Shown here piece by piece: positions 21,733-32,269 of a stretch of 64,000 nt of DNA. The notes under the pieces are model-generated. The model searched no databases, was not told the DNA's origin, and was given only the letters and a program-made list of their open reading frames with translations. Where the stretch lies: the IMG/VR virus record IMGVR_UViG_3300027771_001853, positions 124,001-188,000 of that record; one strand, written 5' to 3'. The position numbers and the translations under genes were made by a program. Each line of letters begins with the position of its first letter. The stretch's first letter is position 1.

Positions 21733-24700
21733 TATGGTATATATTTAAAGTTAAAATTATCAGTTGTAGTTTGATTCTCTTCCGCTATTTTTGTTATAGA
21801 TTCTTCACAAGAAGGACTACTGGTAGTTCCATAATTAAATTTATGTTTAGCATCTTCAGCTATTTTCGCTAATTCTGAAGACTCGTCAGGTGTTGTTAAT
21901 CCGTTTGGTACTTTATTGTCTGATGTCACAAATCTATCTTTTAAATTCTTTTCAAATAATTCTAATTGGTCAAACCAATATTTTTCTTGTTTAGGGTATT
22001 CTGTAGACCATAACAGTATCTGACTATCCCAAACATTACCTGACTGTACTTTATCTTTTATAGCTTCCCACACACTATCATCCATATCTACTGCCCAATT
22101 ACCGTCATCACCAAAATACTCACTAGGTGTAATGTCTGTGTCTACTAATTTTTTTCCTATAGTAAGATATAACCCACCAACCGAAGAAAGTGAAGACGAC
22201 CAGTGAAAATCTGGTGAAGTTACCCAAGATGTTGGACTTTGGTAGTTTCCTTCTTTAAGAAACTCTACTGGAGCATAACACTGTGGTGGGTCATCAGAAC
22301 ATAACCCTATTACCCCATTTAATGTGTCTGTGAAGTAATTCATTAAATTAGCTAAAAGTTTATAGTCGTGTCCTAATTCACAATCTGTACTGGTTTGGTT
22401 ACTTGTACTAAACACATCTGTAGTTCCAGATAGTTTATATGATGTGTGGCTACCGTCATTGATAAACCCATCACATAAATTATTAACAGTATTTATTTTA
22501 TCTACTAATTTAGTGTACTCTACTTGTGCCTCATTAATCTTGTATGCACTAGAGTCTAAGTCAAGAATAACACTATCTCTAATTTCTTCTACCTGTTCTT
22601 TTAATAATCGTCTTAACTTTCTTTTTTTACTATTACTAGGAGAAACCTCATTAATGTATGTTGTCTGTATTATAGTACCATCACCTTTTATCGTATCAAG
22701 AACCTCATCGAATAAATTGTTACCTCGTTCTTCCCCCATAATCTTACCTATCAATTTCCCATTAAAAGGTGTTAGTGTAGCGGAACCTGAACTACAATCT
22801 ATACAATCGTAATTACCTGTCACATATTCTCTTTGAGCGAACATTAACTGAACCACACCATACCCGTGGGTCCTTTGTATCATTTTTATCTCATTTATGA
22901 CAGTACTGATGTATCCACCAGCTTTACTAACCATATCGTTAAACACTAGATTATATTCTATGTCACCAGTTTCACCACTAGTGGTTAGGGTTGGGTTCAT
23001 TTTATTACCTATTGGTTGACCATCATTAGGTGTAGTATCTTCATCGGCCACGGCTTCCTGTTCCTCCTCTAATCCATTACCTTGGGTACCTAGATTATCA
23101 TATAAATCCTGTAAGAAAGCTTTTTCATCTGGGTCACTGTCGAAAACAGTAAATTGAGCTCTATCATCAAAGGTTTCTGTATTTGCGTAGTAGTTGAATG
23201 ATAGGGCGTTTTGTAGTCTTTCTACCGGTTGTTTAAGTCCTTGACCCCCAATATATTTAAAGTTCATACTTACATTAGCAATCATTGGTTGAACCCCTAT
23301 ACCTTCTGGGTTTAAATCCCAAACTAGTGGGTCATAACTAATTGATACATTATCTATAATAATTTTAGTATTATAAAAATCACCAATTCTAAGTACACAT
23401 ACTGGTGGTGCACCAAAAGCTGTATTAGATGCTTGTTGATTGGAGGATACGTTATCGTCACTCCCCTTTACTGGTATTGTTTTACCTGGTCTTAAACATT
23501 GTTGTAAAAATGTCAATCTAGTATTAAGACCTTCTGGTGTGGTAGAGTGAAAAGCTGGTGAAAAATACTTTAATTTTTCTTTCATACTCGCAAAAGCTAT
23601 CTCATCTTCACCTCTTATCATTTTAAAATAAGAACATTCATCCACACCTAACACTTGTTTAGTTATTTTTCTACGAAGATTACCCGGTACTTTGTCTTTG
23701 GTTATAGTTGGTCTATATGTAGGTCTCTTTGTTGGTTTTTTTGTTATTGTTACCTTACGTTCAATTTTAATTGTTTCTACGTGTACTCTTCTACAGTAGG
23801 CCGCGTTAATAGAATATACTGAATCTGGTAATGATAAATCAGCTGTACAATTAATTCCGTTTATATTAATCTCTTCTCCTGAAGCTTGGGACTCTGGAAA
23901 CCTTAAATCCGCTTTATCATATGCTTTTCGGAATGGGAACTTACCACCTAGTTGGTAGGCTAGTAACATTTTCCTAACCGAATCTATCCTTCTTTTGGAT
24001 AAGTCCACATTATAATCTTTAGTGTTAGGGGAACTTGCACTCCCAATAAAAGATATATCCACCGTAAACTCACCACTAGATAACACTTCCTCCAATTTAA
24101 CCATTAGTTCTGGGAAATTAACATTATACTCTTCTGTTGCTTCAGTAAAGAATGCTTGTAATGCCTCCTGTTTTTGTGTATCTGGTTGTTTTTGATAATA
24201 TACCTTAAGTGTTCCGACATTTCTATCATCTCCAAGATAACTCCCCCATTTGGAACCACCTGCTTCAGCTAAGCTACTATAAGGTACTGTAGATGTCGTT
24301 CTACGGGTACCTGGGTCTGGGTAATCGTTCTCGAAATAAAAACTAAGATTATCATAAGCTGATAAATCCGGTATTTGACTTCCACTATCTTCTGTAAAAG
24401 TTTCTGGTTGTCCTTCTTGAAAGGCCACGAACTCCAGTTCTTCTTTTATCGGTGGGTTTTGGTTTATTATTGTTAGTATGGTTTCCAACTCTGTTCTATC
24501 AAAATCCGGGTAAGTCCTAGATAAATCAAAAATATCATATTCGTAACATCCAGCAAAAAACGAATTAAGAACCTCATTTTCTTGTTCTGTCGTTAACCCA
24601 CCTAATTCTTTATCCACTATTCTGTTTAATACTGAAGGGTGGTCAACAACCACTTTAAATCTAAGATTTCCAATCCTTTCAGTATAGTTGTAAGTGTATA

Positions 24701-26699
24701 TAGGTTCTGGTCTACCTAAGAAGTTATTAGATGACCAACTAATTGAACTATTATCATCAATCGCGATATCATAAGGTGGGAACCACATTACCCTACCACC
24801 ATTAGGCCCTCTTTCACACACAGCTAAATCACTATACGATAAACCTGGGTCGTTAGATGTTCTCCATGCTAAATTTTCTAAAGAGAACATATATTTTTTT
24901 ACATGTGATACACCCCCATCTTGTGGGTTATTGATTATGTTGGTTGAGTCTTCGTCGTTGTAAGGAGCTATATTTAAATTATATGGACTGTCTAAGACCG
25001 AATAACTTTCTTTTCTAATGTTTTGTTGTGTCTTTTGTAACCTATCGTATGTGTAAAATGGTGTGTCCTTAGTGAATATTCTACAGTATTCCGCTCCTTT
25101 ATAAGAACCATTACTGTCTACGTATTTTCTTACCCTTGACCCTTTAGTTAATTCTTTATACCCATCATTAAAAACTTTAGATACTTGGTCTATGGCGTGC
25201 CCAACATGCCCTAAGCGGGCCCCACCAACTTCAGGTACAGATTCGACCAATCTTTGTGTAACGTCTAAAATACTACCAGGTCTAAATAACTTATCAGTAC
25301 CTGACCTAGAATTATTATATTGGTCATCTGGTAAAGCGTAACTCCTAAAATCCGGATTATTATCTACTTCTTCACCAGCGGATGCACCATTAGGTCCTAC
25401 CGTTTGTCCTGGTCTTGGGTTTTTATCCTTACCGTACCAAGTCCAACCGGCAGATACACCACCCCCATCAGCGATAGCTTTTCCAGCCAAACCAAAATTA
25501 TGGGTTCTCCATGCCTCATTACCATCAAAATTTTCAAACTCTTTAGCTAATGCGTCAGGTCCATATACTGGAGTATTAATTAATTCCCCAAATTCGTTTT
25601 GTGGTAAAGCTTCGTTTGGTCCTGGTATATTTTTTGGGTCATTCTTTCTCGTCCCAACATAGTATTGTCCTTGTGGTGGTTGAGTACCTAGAACTGATTT
25701 TACTACCCCAACACCTACTTGTACCAACCTACCTAGAGAGGTAGAAGCTTCCATTGTTGCGGATTTCCTATATTCAGGTTTATATTTGTTGTATGTTAAA
25801 TTACGAAACATCACCGACTTTTGTCCACTACCCGTAAAATCTATAAGTCTGTCACTCATAGTTAACGGTACCACTGGTCTACGTTGTACCCCTATTACGT
25901 TACCTACTAGTGCTGTTGCATCTTGCCAAATTTTACCCATTAAAGATTGGGCTTCAGGTCTAACGTTTCTCCCTTGTTGTGGGTTAGCTTCTTGACCAAA
26001 GAATTGTCCTGGTATTATAGATACCGGTAAATACAACCCTTGTAGTCTAGCTACAAAATCCAAACCCTTACCCACTAACGTTCTAGGCATCGTGAGTTTC
26101 CATTGTTTTTCTACTAGACTTTCTCTACCTGATAATATACTAACAGCAGCAAACGGGTCTTGGAAGGCATCTAAGACATTAAGTCTACCTACTGTTTCAG
26201 CATAAAGTTCTTGAGATACTCTAGCGTTGTAAGCCTTTTTTAGTTCTCTAGCTGCTAATTGTGCTAGTTGACTATCGTCATCAATTCCAGGTAATAAAGC
26301 TGTGTTTAATTGTCCTTCAGAGTTAACACCTAACAATATACCCATTACGGTATATGTGTTACAATAAAAACCAGAAAAATATGGATAAGCCATTCTTTTA
26401 TCCACTTCCAACCTAATAACATTAATGTCTATACTGTCCTCATAACCACCTGGTGGTCCATACCTATTATCTAGATACCTCTTTTCTATGAATGGAGCCG
26501 CCATTTCTTCAGCGGATAACTGGTTGACTACTTGAAACTCATTTTGTTTACTTAACCTATAGGAGTTTTCACCAAATTGTATTGGTAACGTATCTGAAAC
26601 TTCATATGGACTAGGCAAATTTTTAGTTAAAAGTGTTTCTCTTAACTGATTAGTTGCTATAAAGGATAAAGATGATGCGTCTCTTGGTGCAAGTGCCAT
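21732..26699 (-). CDS. Large baseplate / tube-initiator-like protein with an inserted OmpA-like peptidoglycan-binding domain
   Basis: WFPPYD...FLGRPEPIYTY and PPVCVLRIGDFYNTKIIIDNVSISYDP tube-initiator-like segments flank FYFEND...GSASSPNTKDYNVDLSKRRIDSV...CRRV. Confidence 0.65.
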   Translation of the reverse strand: MALAPRDASSLSFIATNQLRETLLTKNLPSPYEVSDTLPIQFGENSYRLSKQNEFQVVNQLSAEEMAAPFIEKRYLDNRYGPPGGYEDSIDINVIRLEVDKRMAYPYFSGFYCNTYTVMGILLGVNSEGQLNTALLPGIDDDSQLAQLAARELKKAYNARVSQELYAETVGRLNVLDAFQDPFAAVSILSGRESLVEKQWKLTMPRTLVGKGLDFVARLQGLYLPVSIIPGQFFGQEANPQQGRNVRPEAQSLMGKIWQDATALVGNVIGVQRRPVVPLTMSDRLIDFTGSGQKSVMFRNLTYNKYKPEYRKSATMEASTSLGRLVQVGVGVVKSVLGTQPPQGQYYVGTRKNDPKNIPGPNEALPQNEFGELINTPVYGPDALAKEFENFDGNEAWRTHNFGLAGKAIADGGGVSAGWTWYGKDKNPRPGQTVGPNGASAGEEVDNNPDFRSYALPDDQYNNSRSGTDKLFRPGSILDVTQRLVESVPEVGGARLGHVGHAIDQVSKVFNDGYKELTKGSRVRKYVDSNGSYKGAEYCRIFTKDTPFYTYDRLQKTQQNIRKESYSVLDSPYNLNIAPYNDEDSTNIINNPQDGGVSHVKKYMFSLENLAWRTSNDPGLSYSDLAVCERGPNGGRVMWFPPYDIAIDDNSSISWSSNNFLGRPEPIYTYNYTERIGNLRFKVVVDHPSVLNRIVDKELGGLTTEQENEVLNSFFAGCYEYDIFDLSRTYPDFDRTELETILTIINQNPPIKEELEFVAFQEGQPETFTEDSGSQIPDLSAYDNLSFYFENDYPDPGTRRTTSTVPYSSLAEAGGSKWGSYLGDDRNVGTLKVYYQKQPDTQKQEALQAFFTEATEEYNVNFPELMVKLEEVLSSGEFTVDISFIGSASSPNTKDYNVDLSKRRIDSVRKMLLAYQLGGKFPFRKAYDKADLRFPESQASGEEININGINCTADLSLPDSVYSINAAYCRRVHVETIKIERKVTITKKPTKRPTYRPTITKDKVPGNLRRKITKQVLGVDECSYFKMIRGEDEIAFASMKEKLKYFSPAFHSTTPEGLNTRLTFLQQCLRPGKTIPVKGSDDNVSSNQQASNTAFGAPPVCVLRIGDFYNTKIIIDNVSISYDPLVWDLNPEGIGVQPMIANVSMNFKYIGGQGLKQPVERLQNALSFNYYANTETFDDRAQFTVFDSDPDEKAFLQDLYDNLGTQGNGLEEEQEAVADEDTTPNDGQPIGNKMNPTLTTSGETGDIEYNLVFNDMVSKAGGYISTVINEIKMIQRTHGYGVVQLMFAQREYVTGNYDCIDCSSGSATLTPFNGKLIGKIMGEERGNNLFDEVLDTIKGDGTIIQTTYINEVSPSNSKKRKLRRLLKEQVEEIRDSVILDLDSSAYKINEAQVEYTKLVDKINTVNNLCDGFINDGSHTSYKLSGTTDVFSTSNQTSTDCELGHDYKLLANLMNYFTDTLNGVIGLCSDDPPQCYAPVEFLKEGNYQSPTSWVTSPDFHWSSSLSSVGGLYLTIGKKLVDTDITPSEYFGDDGNWAVDMDDSVWEAIKDKVQSGNVWDSQILLWSTEYPKQEKYWFDQLELFEKNLKDRFVTSDNKVPNGLTTPDESSELAKIAEDAKHKFNYGTTSSPSCEESITKIAEENQTTTDNFNFKYIP

Positions 26700-26754
26700 A
26701 TATTTTTTCTTTTTACATAAATAGTTTTGTATATAAAACTATAACATATAAAGG

Positions 26755-28860
26755 TTATGTTGTGGTACCATAGTTTGCGAATGCGTTGCCCCCTTGTGAT
26801 ATCCTTTCTCCCACTTGTGACATTAACCACATTTGGAATTGGTTTTCCCCCATAATTTCTTGTAGTTTCTGTGCTGTAACGTCAGTAGTTATCCCCTTCA
26901 TATCTAATACCGCCCTACCTGTCATATTTAAATTAATATCTATTGGTCCCGTCTTTTGTACTGTTTGGTTATTGGTGTTATTAAACGTGTTAACGGCACT
27001 ATTAACTTCGGTCATTGCTGGCATAGCTCGGAAATTTTGTTCTTTAACTCCAACTACTAAATCATTTGCTGCGAATTTCTCAAATGAACCTGGTCGAGAT
27101 ATAAAATCTTGTGCAATCGGTGCACCACCAGTATTTGTCCCCAGTAATAGTTCTTGTATGACACCATTTAGTAAAGGTAAATCGGTAAGTAATCCCTCTT
27201 CTAAACTTGTCCCTACTTTTTCTAAGTTTTTTGCCAATCTTGTAAATTGTTTTAACATTTCTTCTTCGTTACCACTGATTACAGCCTCAGCGACTCCAGC
27301 ACCTGCCCTTCCAATAGTTGTGGCTAATTCTTTCATTATAGGACCACCTATCGCTTTTTCAACTGTACTTAACATCCCGTCTATGTAACCTCTCATCTCA
27401 CTTCCCTCACCCATAGCACCTAAAGTAACACCACCTATCATAGCTTTAGTGTTGTTAGCTATTTTTTCTTGTTGTGATAACTGACTAATAGCTATATCTT
27501 GTGTGGTCATCCCCTGTTGGTCTTGTAGTTTCCTTAAAGCCTCTAATTCTGATTTTGTGTCTATATCCTGAAGTGCTATTTCCCCTATTTCTGGTAAGTC
27601 AATCATGAATTTACCACCTTTCATTTGGGACATATTGGCAGCAAATTCTTTTAGGTCTTCTCCAGATTTGGGGTCAATAAGTTCTATCCCACCCATTTGT
27701 TTCATGGCCATGGTATGGGATTTAGATTTCTTCGCTGCTGTAACAAAATCTTCCAGACTCATACCTAACTGGTCTGCCATTGCTTTCATCCTTCTTAACT
27801 CTGTTGAGGAAATATCAAATTCTCCTGTCTCATTATTAAACATGACACTAGCTTCGGCAGCACCTACTATCGCGTCTTGTAAACCACCTATATCATTTGT
27901 AGCTAGATACATTAATCTAAATGGGTCAGTTAAATCACCCATAGCTCCACCCATAATTTGGAAATTAGCTGCCATATCTATTGCAGCTTCAGGGTCAAAT
28001 AAATCTGTCGCCATTTTACTTATTTGACTCATATCGAAATGTAATCGTTGAGCTTGTGCAGCCATTCTTGTAAACCCTTGTACACCATCTCTAAACTTAA
28101 AGGTATTTGCCATTTTTAAGTTACCAGCAACACTACCCATAAATTTACTTACGTTAAGACCCATACCTCTAGCGACCTTAGACATTTCTTCAATCTGACC
28201 AGTGGCACCTTCTACACCGATACCCATTATGTCAAATTGTTTAACTAAAGAACTTAAATCTGAAGAAGACATATCTAAACCTACCCTTAAAGCGTCTAGA
28301 CTAGCCATAGCTTTTGGTGATATCTGGAACGCTCTACCCATATCGGAAGATAAGGCTCCCATTGTTTTTGCTAAATCTTCTGAAGTACTTCCCCACTTTA
28401 ATGTCTCTAATTCCGCTTGCATTAGGTCAGCGGTCATCATTTTTGTAGCAACACCGGTAGTGTTAATCTGTTCTATGATGTATTCTCTAGTATCAGCTTC
28501 TTTTTGTAAGAAATCAAAAGCCTCTTGGGCTAAAGCCAACATAGCTGTTCCAGGGTCAGCATTTTGTAACGCATTAAGTGCGTCCTTATAATTTTTAATG
28601 GCCTCGGTTCCTGATTTGAAATTTCTTTCAGCAAACGTCCATAGTTTGGATTGTTCTTTAGTGGATTCGGTAATAGAAGCGTTAAGGTCATCGACACCCT
28701 TATTACCCTTAGCGATTTCCGTCTGGGTTTCTTTTATTTGCTTTTGTAACTTCTTGTATTCAGATGTATTGGCGGCGGTATTGGCCAATATCTCATTTTG
28801 GTGATTTAGAAAATCTGATGCTGAACCGTACGTATTACCATCGGGTGCTGTATATGCCAT
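26755..28860 (-). CDS. Tail tape measure protein
   Basis: 701 aa, A/M/Q/G-rich and helical (AAQAQRL, AMADQLGMS). Lies downstream of the tail chaperones and upstream of the hub genes. Confidence 0.75.
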   Translation of the reverse strand: MAYTAPDGNTYGSASDFLNHQNEILANTAANTSEYKKLQKQIKETQTEIAKGNKGVDDLNASITESTKEQSKLWTFAERNFKSGTEAIKNYKDALNALQNADPGTAMLALAQEAFDFLQKEADTREYIIEQINTTGVATKMMTADLMQAELETLKWGSTSEDLAKTMGALSSDMGRAFQISPKAMASLDALRVGLDMSSSDLSSLVKQFDIMGIGVEGATGQIEEMSKVARGMGLNVSKFMGSVAGNLKMANTFKFRDGVQGFTRMAAQAQRLHFDMSQISKMATDLFDPEAAIDMAANFQIMGGAMGDLTDPFRLMYLATNDIGGLQDAIVGAAEASVMFNNETGEFDISSTELRRMKAMADQLGMSLEDFVTAAKKSKSHTMAMKQMGGIELIDPKSGEDLKEFAANMSQMKGGKFMIDLPEIGEIALQDIDTKSELEALRKLQDQQGMTTQDIAISQLSQQEKIANNTKAMIGGVTLGAMGEGSEMRGYIDGMLSTVEKAIGGPIMKELATTIGRAGAGVAEAVISGNEEEMLKQFTRLAKNLEKVGTSLEEGLLTDLPLLNGVIQELLLGTNTGGAPIAQDFISRPGSFEKFAANDLVVGVKEQNFRAMPAMTEVNSAVNTFNNTNNQTVQKTGPIDINLNMTGRAVLDMKGITTDVTAQKLQEIMGENQFQMWLMSQVGERISQGGNAFANYGTTT

Positions 28861-28888
28861 AAGTCAAATGTTTATATACTATAAATAC

Positions 28889-29047
28889 TTATTTTTTGTT
28901 TTTGGATTTTTCTATGTTTTGTTGACGCTTTTGGAATTCTTCTAGCAGTTTTTCAACATAGAATCTCCTTTCAAAAACAGGCATTTTCATAATGTCACTG
29001 TGGGAAAAATTGGCGTGTCTGACGAGATAGTAAATCTCTTCGAGCAT
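28889..29047 (-). CDS. Small tail / baseplate assembly chaperone (gp51-like); possibly the C-terminal extension of the upstream gene via frameshift
   Basis: EIYYLVRHANFSHSDIMKMPVFERRFYV motif. First ATG at 29047, and the frame stays open upstream across the end of the gp26-like ORF. Confidence 0.7.
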   Translation of the reverse strand: MLEEIYYLVRHANFSHSDIMKMPVFERRFYVEKLLEEFQKRQQNIEKSKNKK

Positions 29048-29054
29048 ACCTCTC

Positions 29055-29810
29055 CTATAATCCGAAGAAAGGACGAAAAAAGGCAGTCCCAAACTGTAGC
29101 TTGGTCTTAACCACACTACCGGACGGTGTTTTTACAGGAATTTCTAAATCTAAACCTGGTTCTGTCTTTGTTATATATTTTCTTAACTCTTGGGAATCTC
29201 TAATAGGCATAGAAGGAATCATTGTAGATATTTTTTCCCTATCTCTCATACCGTCTAGTTCAGTTATAGATAATTCTAAAAATTTAGTTTTTACTGGAGC
29301 GTACTCCAACCCTTTGTAGGCTTTTTCTAAATCCGCGAGTTCTCCAACTTCCTTACCAGTTAATAGTTTAAATTTTACCTTTTTATTGGAAACCGGTAAC
29401 GCAAAACTAAATTCACCATTGTCATCAGGTACAGTATCTATTTTTTTAAAATCTAAAGAAGATAGGTCCACTGTTGTAGGGAATTCTTTTTTTGTTCCTG
29501 GGTCTATTAAGTTAATATCGTATTCCGGACCGTAAGCTGTATTTCTTAAAAACACTAAGATAGCTTCTTTATCACACTCTAACAAGGTATCAACGTTAAT
29601 ATCCCTATCAACTATCTTAGTTCTTATAAGTGTATCTATTAATCTACCAGAATTAATAATATTAGGACTAGTTAATATATTTTCGTCTGAAGCGGTCAAA
29701 TAAGTAACCTTAACACTACTTTTATTAGTAGCGTAGAAAAGTCCCCTTGATGGAAGTTCTACAACATCATAAGGGACTTGTGGTTCATATGTAGGCATTG
29801 TGCTATCCAT
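29055..29810 (-). CDS. Tail / baseplate hub assembly chaperone (T4 gp26-like)
   Basis: VELPSRGLFY, LTASDENIL, LRNTAYGPEY, FALPVS...KFKLLT and C-terminal AFFRP. Located between tube and tape measure. Confidence 0.75.
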   Translation of the reverse strand: MDSTMPTYEPQVPYDVVELPSRGLFYATNKSSVKVTYLTASDENILTSPNIINSGRLIDTLIRTKIVDRDINVDTLLECDKEAILVFLRNTAYGPEYDINLIDPGTKKEFPTTVDLSSLDFKKIDTVPDDNGEFSFALPVSNKKVKFKLLTGKEVGELADLEKAYKGLEYAPVKTKFLELSITELDGMRDREKISTMIPSMPIRDSQELRKYITKTEPGLDLEIPVKTPSGSVVKTKLQFGTAFFRPFFGL

Positions 29811-29865
29811 TTATTACTTTCTTTAACACTAACATACTATGTATTTTGTAATTGTCAACAATATA

Positions 29866-30354
29866 TTAGTAAACTAATATACATCTGTCTGGTCTTAGTG
29901 TTGCTGTAATATCAGCAATACCATCATTACTATAATCTAAATCATTAAAGTTAACATCCGTTAAGAAACACCCTTGTAGTATCCATTTTTCAACAACAAC
30001 ACCTGTAGGGTCTAACATTTCTAGGTCACAATCTTTTTTGTACCCAGCTGCGTAACCCATTCTACCAGTTACTGACTCGGCATGTAATCTAACCCACTCC
30101 ATTAAAGCTTGTGAAGCAGAAGGACCGATTGGGTCCCTGAATGTAACATTTATAGTATTCCAGACAAATCTACCCCCAACATACGTAGAAGTATTAAGGA
30201 AAGGTATCTCCACTGCATTAACTGTAACTTGTGGTCTAGTAGTCGTAGAAACGTACCACTCGTTAATACCAAGTGATGACGGGAATCTCATAATAAACCT
30301 ATTCTTCTTTTTTGGTTCGTAAGGAATAGGCATTTTCATCAATAAATCGGCCAT
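29866..30354 (-). CDS. Tail tube protein (T4 gp19-like)
   Basis: YEPKKKNRF, WNTINVTFRDPI, LDPTGVVVEKWILQGCF and LRPDRC. Confidence 0.9.
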   Translation of the reverse strand: MADLLMKMPIPYEPKKKNRFIMRFPSSLGINEWYVSTTTRPQVTVNAVEIPFLNTSTYVGGRFVWNTINVTFRDPIGPSASQALMEWVRLHAESVTGRMGYAAGYKKDCDLEMLDPTGVVVEKWILQGCFLTDVNFNDLDYSNDGIADITATLRPDRCILVY

Positions 30355-30427
30355 TGTCTAATTTTTTTTTTTAATTTAATCTTTTATTACCTATAAATAT
30401 ACATTAATAGTATTTTTTCCACTAATT

Positions 30428-31117
30428 CTACTTAGCTGTCATAACATAAAGCTTATTTTTTTCTTCATCAGGTAAATGTCTCTTCATTTCCTTTATAGCT
30501 TTTATATTCTTTATGTCGTCATCTATAAATATTATCTGGTCAAATGTGTCTAGTAGCGTTTTAACCACCTCCGCTTTTTTCTCATAGTCTGTACCCCCAC
30601 CTAACTCCTTAACTCTTTCAATATCATTTATGGCAAATACCAAATCTCTCGATAATTTATCACCAATTTTTATTAACTCACCATTTTTATTTTTATACAT
30701 TAAAAATTCTTTTAAACCCTCAAAAACAGTGTCTTCCATCCCTCTAGCAGTCAAAATACCTAACTTATAACCCCTAGTTAACAAATCATCCATAATCTCT
30801 AAATTAGCTACTATTGGTTTTCCTGTGGTTATTGAGTTCTTTATAGAGTCTACGTCTTCAAAATCTCTATAATCATAATACTGTCTAGTTTCTGAACTAA
30901 CGTCTTCTTTAGCGTACTCATGTGGTGTTAAGGATACTTCTTCCTCGTCAGTAGGTAATTGTCTATATATGTAAATGCCTTGTGCGGTCACTAAAGTATC
31001 GTCCACATCTAATAATATCAATCTATTAACTGAAGCTATTTCACTTAGATTTTTTTTATTTTTAATATTTTCTACTAAAAATAACAATTGTTTGTTATTA
31101 ATTACTATGTTTTTCAT
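30428..31117 (-). CDS. HAD-superfamily phosphatase-like protein
   Basis: Motif I LLDVDDTL, motif II ILTARG, motif III Lys (EKKAE) and motif IV FIDDD...N. Confidence 0.75.
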   Translation of the reverse strand: MKNIVINNKQLLFLVENIKNKKNLSEIASVNRLILLDVDDTLVTAQGIYIYRQLPTDEEEVSLTPHEYAKEDVSSETRQYYDYRDFEDVDSIKNSITTGKPIVANLEIMDDLLTRGYKLGILTARGMEDTVFEGLKEFLMYKNKNGELIKIGDKLSRDLVFAINDIERVKELGGGTDYEKKAEVVKTLLDTFDQIIFIDDDIKNIKAIKEMKRHLPDEEKNKLYVMTAK

Positions 31118-31142
31118 CCCCTATAAATATACCAAATATAAG

Positions 31143-31173
31143 TTGTGTATTAAATAAAAATTTATTATCTTTG
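31143..31173 (+). promoter_or_regulatory. Bacteroidota-type primary sigma promoter (-33 TTG / -7 TAnnTTTG)
   Basis: TTG at 31143-31145, a 20-nt spacer, then TATCTTTG at 31166-31173, 30 nt before the ATG at 31204. Confidence 0.65.
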
Positions 31174-31203
31174 TAGTATTAACTAACTAAACCCACAAAT
31201 AAC

Positions 31204-32211
31204 ATGAAAAAACTATTATCACTACTTATTCTCTTACTTTCCTTTAATACCTTAGTTAAATCACAATTTTCCCCCAACCCGATGGTAACCACGGTAACGA
31301 TAAATAATAGTGTTACCTGTGTTGGTTTGGCGGATGGTAAAGTTACTGTTTATTCGACATATGGTGGTGGTGGTGGTTACCATTACACATTAGAAAGATG
31401 GATGGACTCTACCTTCGGTTGGGTACCTTTAGGACAGAGTCCTTTAAGTACTTTGAACCCTAATGGTAGTTTTACTATGAATTTCACATACGATACTGTT
31501 GTTTTTACAAACTTAGGTGGGGACACAAGTGGATTAACCCATTACAGGGTAATAACACACGACAACTATTGGCCTGGGGTATTTGTATCTAATAACGACA
31601 CCAATTATTTTGACATATATGATTTTACTTTAGTTAATAATCTACCCGTTGGACCTCCACCATCACCATATCAATCACATTACGACTGGTGGGTCGACAC
31701 AACTGGTATGTACCCACCTAATACGATTTTATTCGATTCTTGGAACACCAACACTTACAACCCAGATTGGGACCCGTTTGGGTGTTGGACCGTCTGGATT
31801 ATTAAAGACCCAGTTAATGGTACTTTAATTGATAGTTGTTTATCTATTGGTGGGTGTGGGGGTTACTGGTACACATGGCCTACAACTGGACTCTACTTTG
31901 AAGTCTGTGTGGTAACATGTGGTTACTATATTGATTGGTCTTGTGTATACGATTCTACCGGAATTATGATTACTCCACCACAATATTTCACTAGAGATAC
32001 TTTTTGTCTAACTGTTGGTGTGGGTGGTGTCACGAGTATAGTAGAAGACCAGTCGGAAGAGTCTACTGAGTACAACCCTAATATTTATTTTAATGGAGAG
32101 ACTATCCATGACTTATTAGGTAGGAGATATAATTGTTCTTACTTTGACCTACCTAGAGGTACCTACATAATAAAAAGAAATGAGGAAGTGTGGAAAATTC
32201 ACAAAATTTAG
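31204..32211 (+). CDS. Secreted protein with signal peptide and putative T9SS C-terminal sorting domain
   Basis: Signal peptide MKKLLSLLILLLSFNTLVKS|Q, SprB-like VTCVGLADGKVTV...GGGGYHY, and C-terminus TSIVE...IHDLLGRR...LPRGTYIIK...KIHKI. Confidence 0.65.
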   Translation: MKKLLSLLILLLSFNTLVKSQFSPNPMVTTVTINNSVTCVGLADGKVTVYSTYGGGGGYHYTLERWMDSTFGWVPLGQSPLSTLNPNGSFTMNFTYDTVVFTNLGGDTSGLTHYRVITHDNYWPGVFVSNNDTNYFDIYDFTLVNNLPVGPPPSPYQSHYDWWVDTTGMYPPNTILFDSWNTNTYNPDWDPFGCWTVWIIKDPVNGTLIDSCLSIGGCGGYWYTWPTTGLYFEVCVVTCGYYIDWSCVYDSTGIMITPPQYFTRDTFCLTVGVGGVTSIVEDQSEESTEYNPNIYFNGETIHDLLGRRYNCSYFDLPRGTYIIKRNEEVWKIHKI

Positions 32212-32269
32212 TAACCTAACACCAAAAAGTAACGTATAATATAATATAACCCTTAAAACATAAAAAAAA

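Noticed and set aside
26786-28804. Long plus-strand ORFs (200, 140 and 129 aa) opposite the tape measure, and similar antisense ORFs throughout the window
   Set aside because: They are shadows of minus-strand genes with biased codon usage. They have S/I/L/F/P-rich composition, no motifs and no upstream signals.
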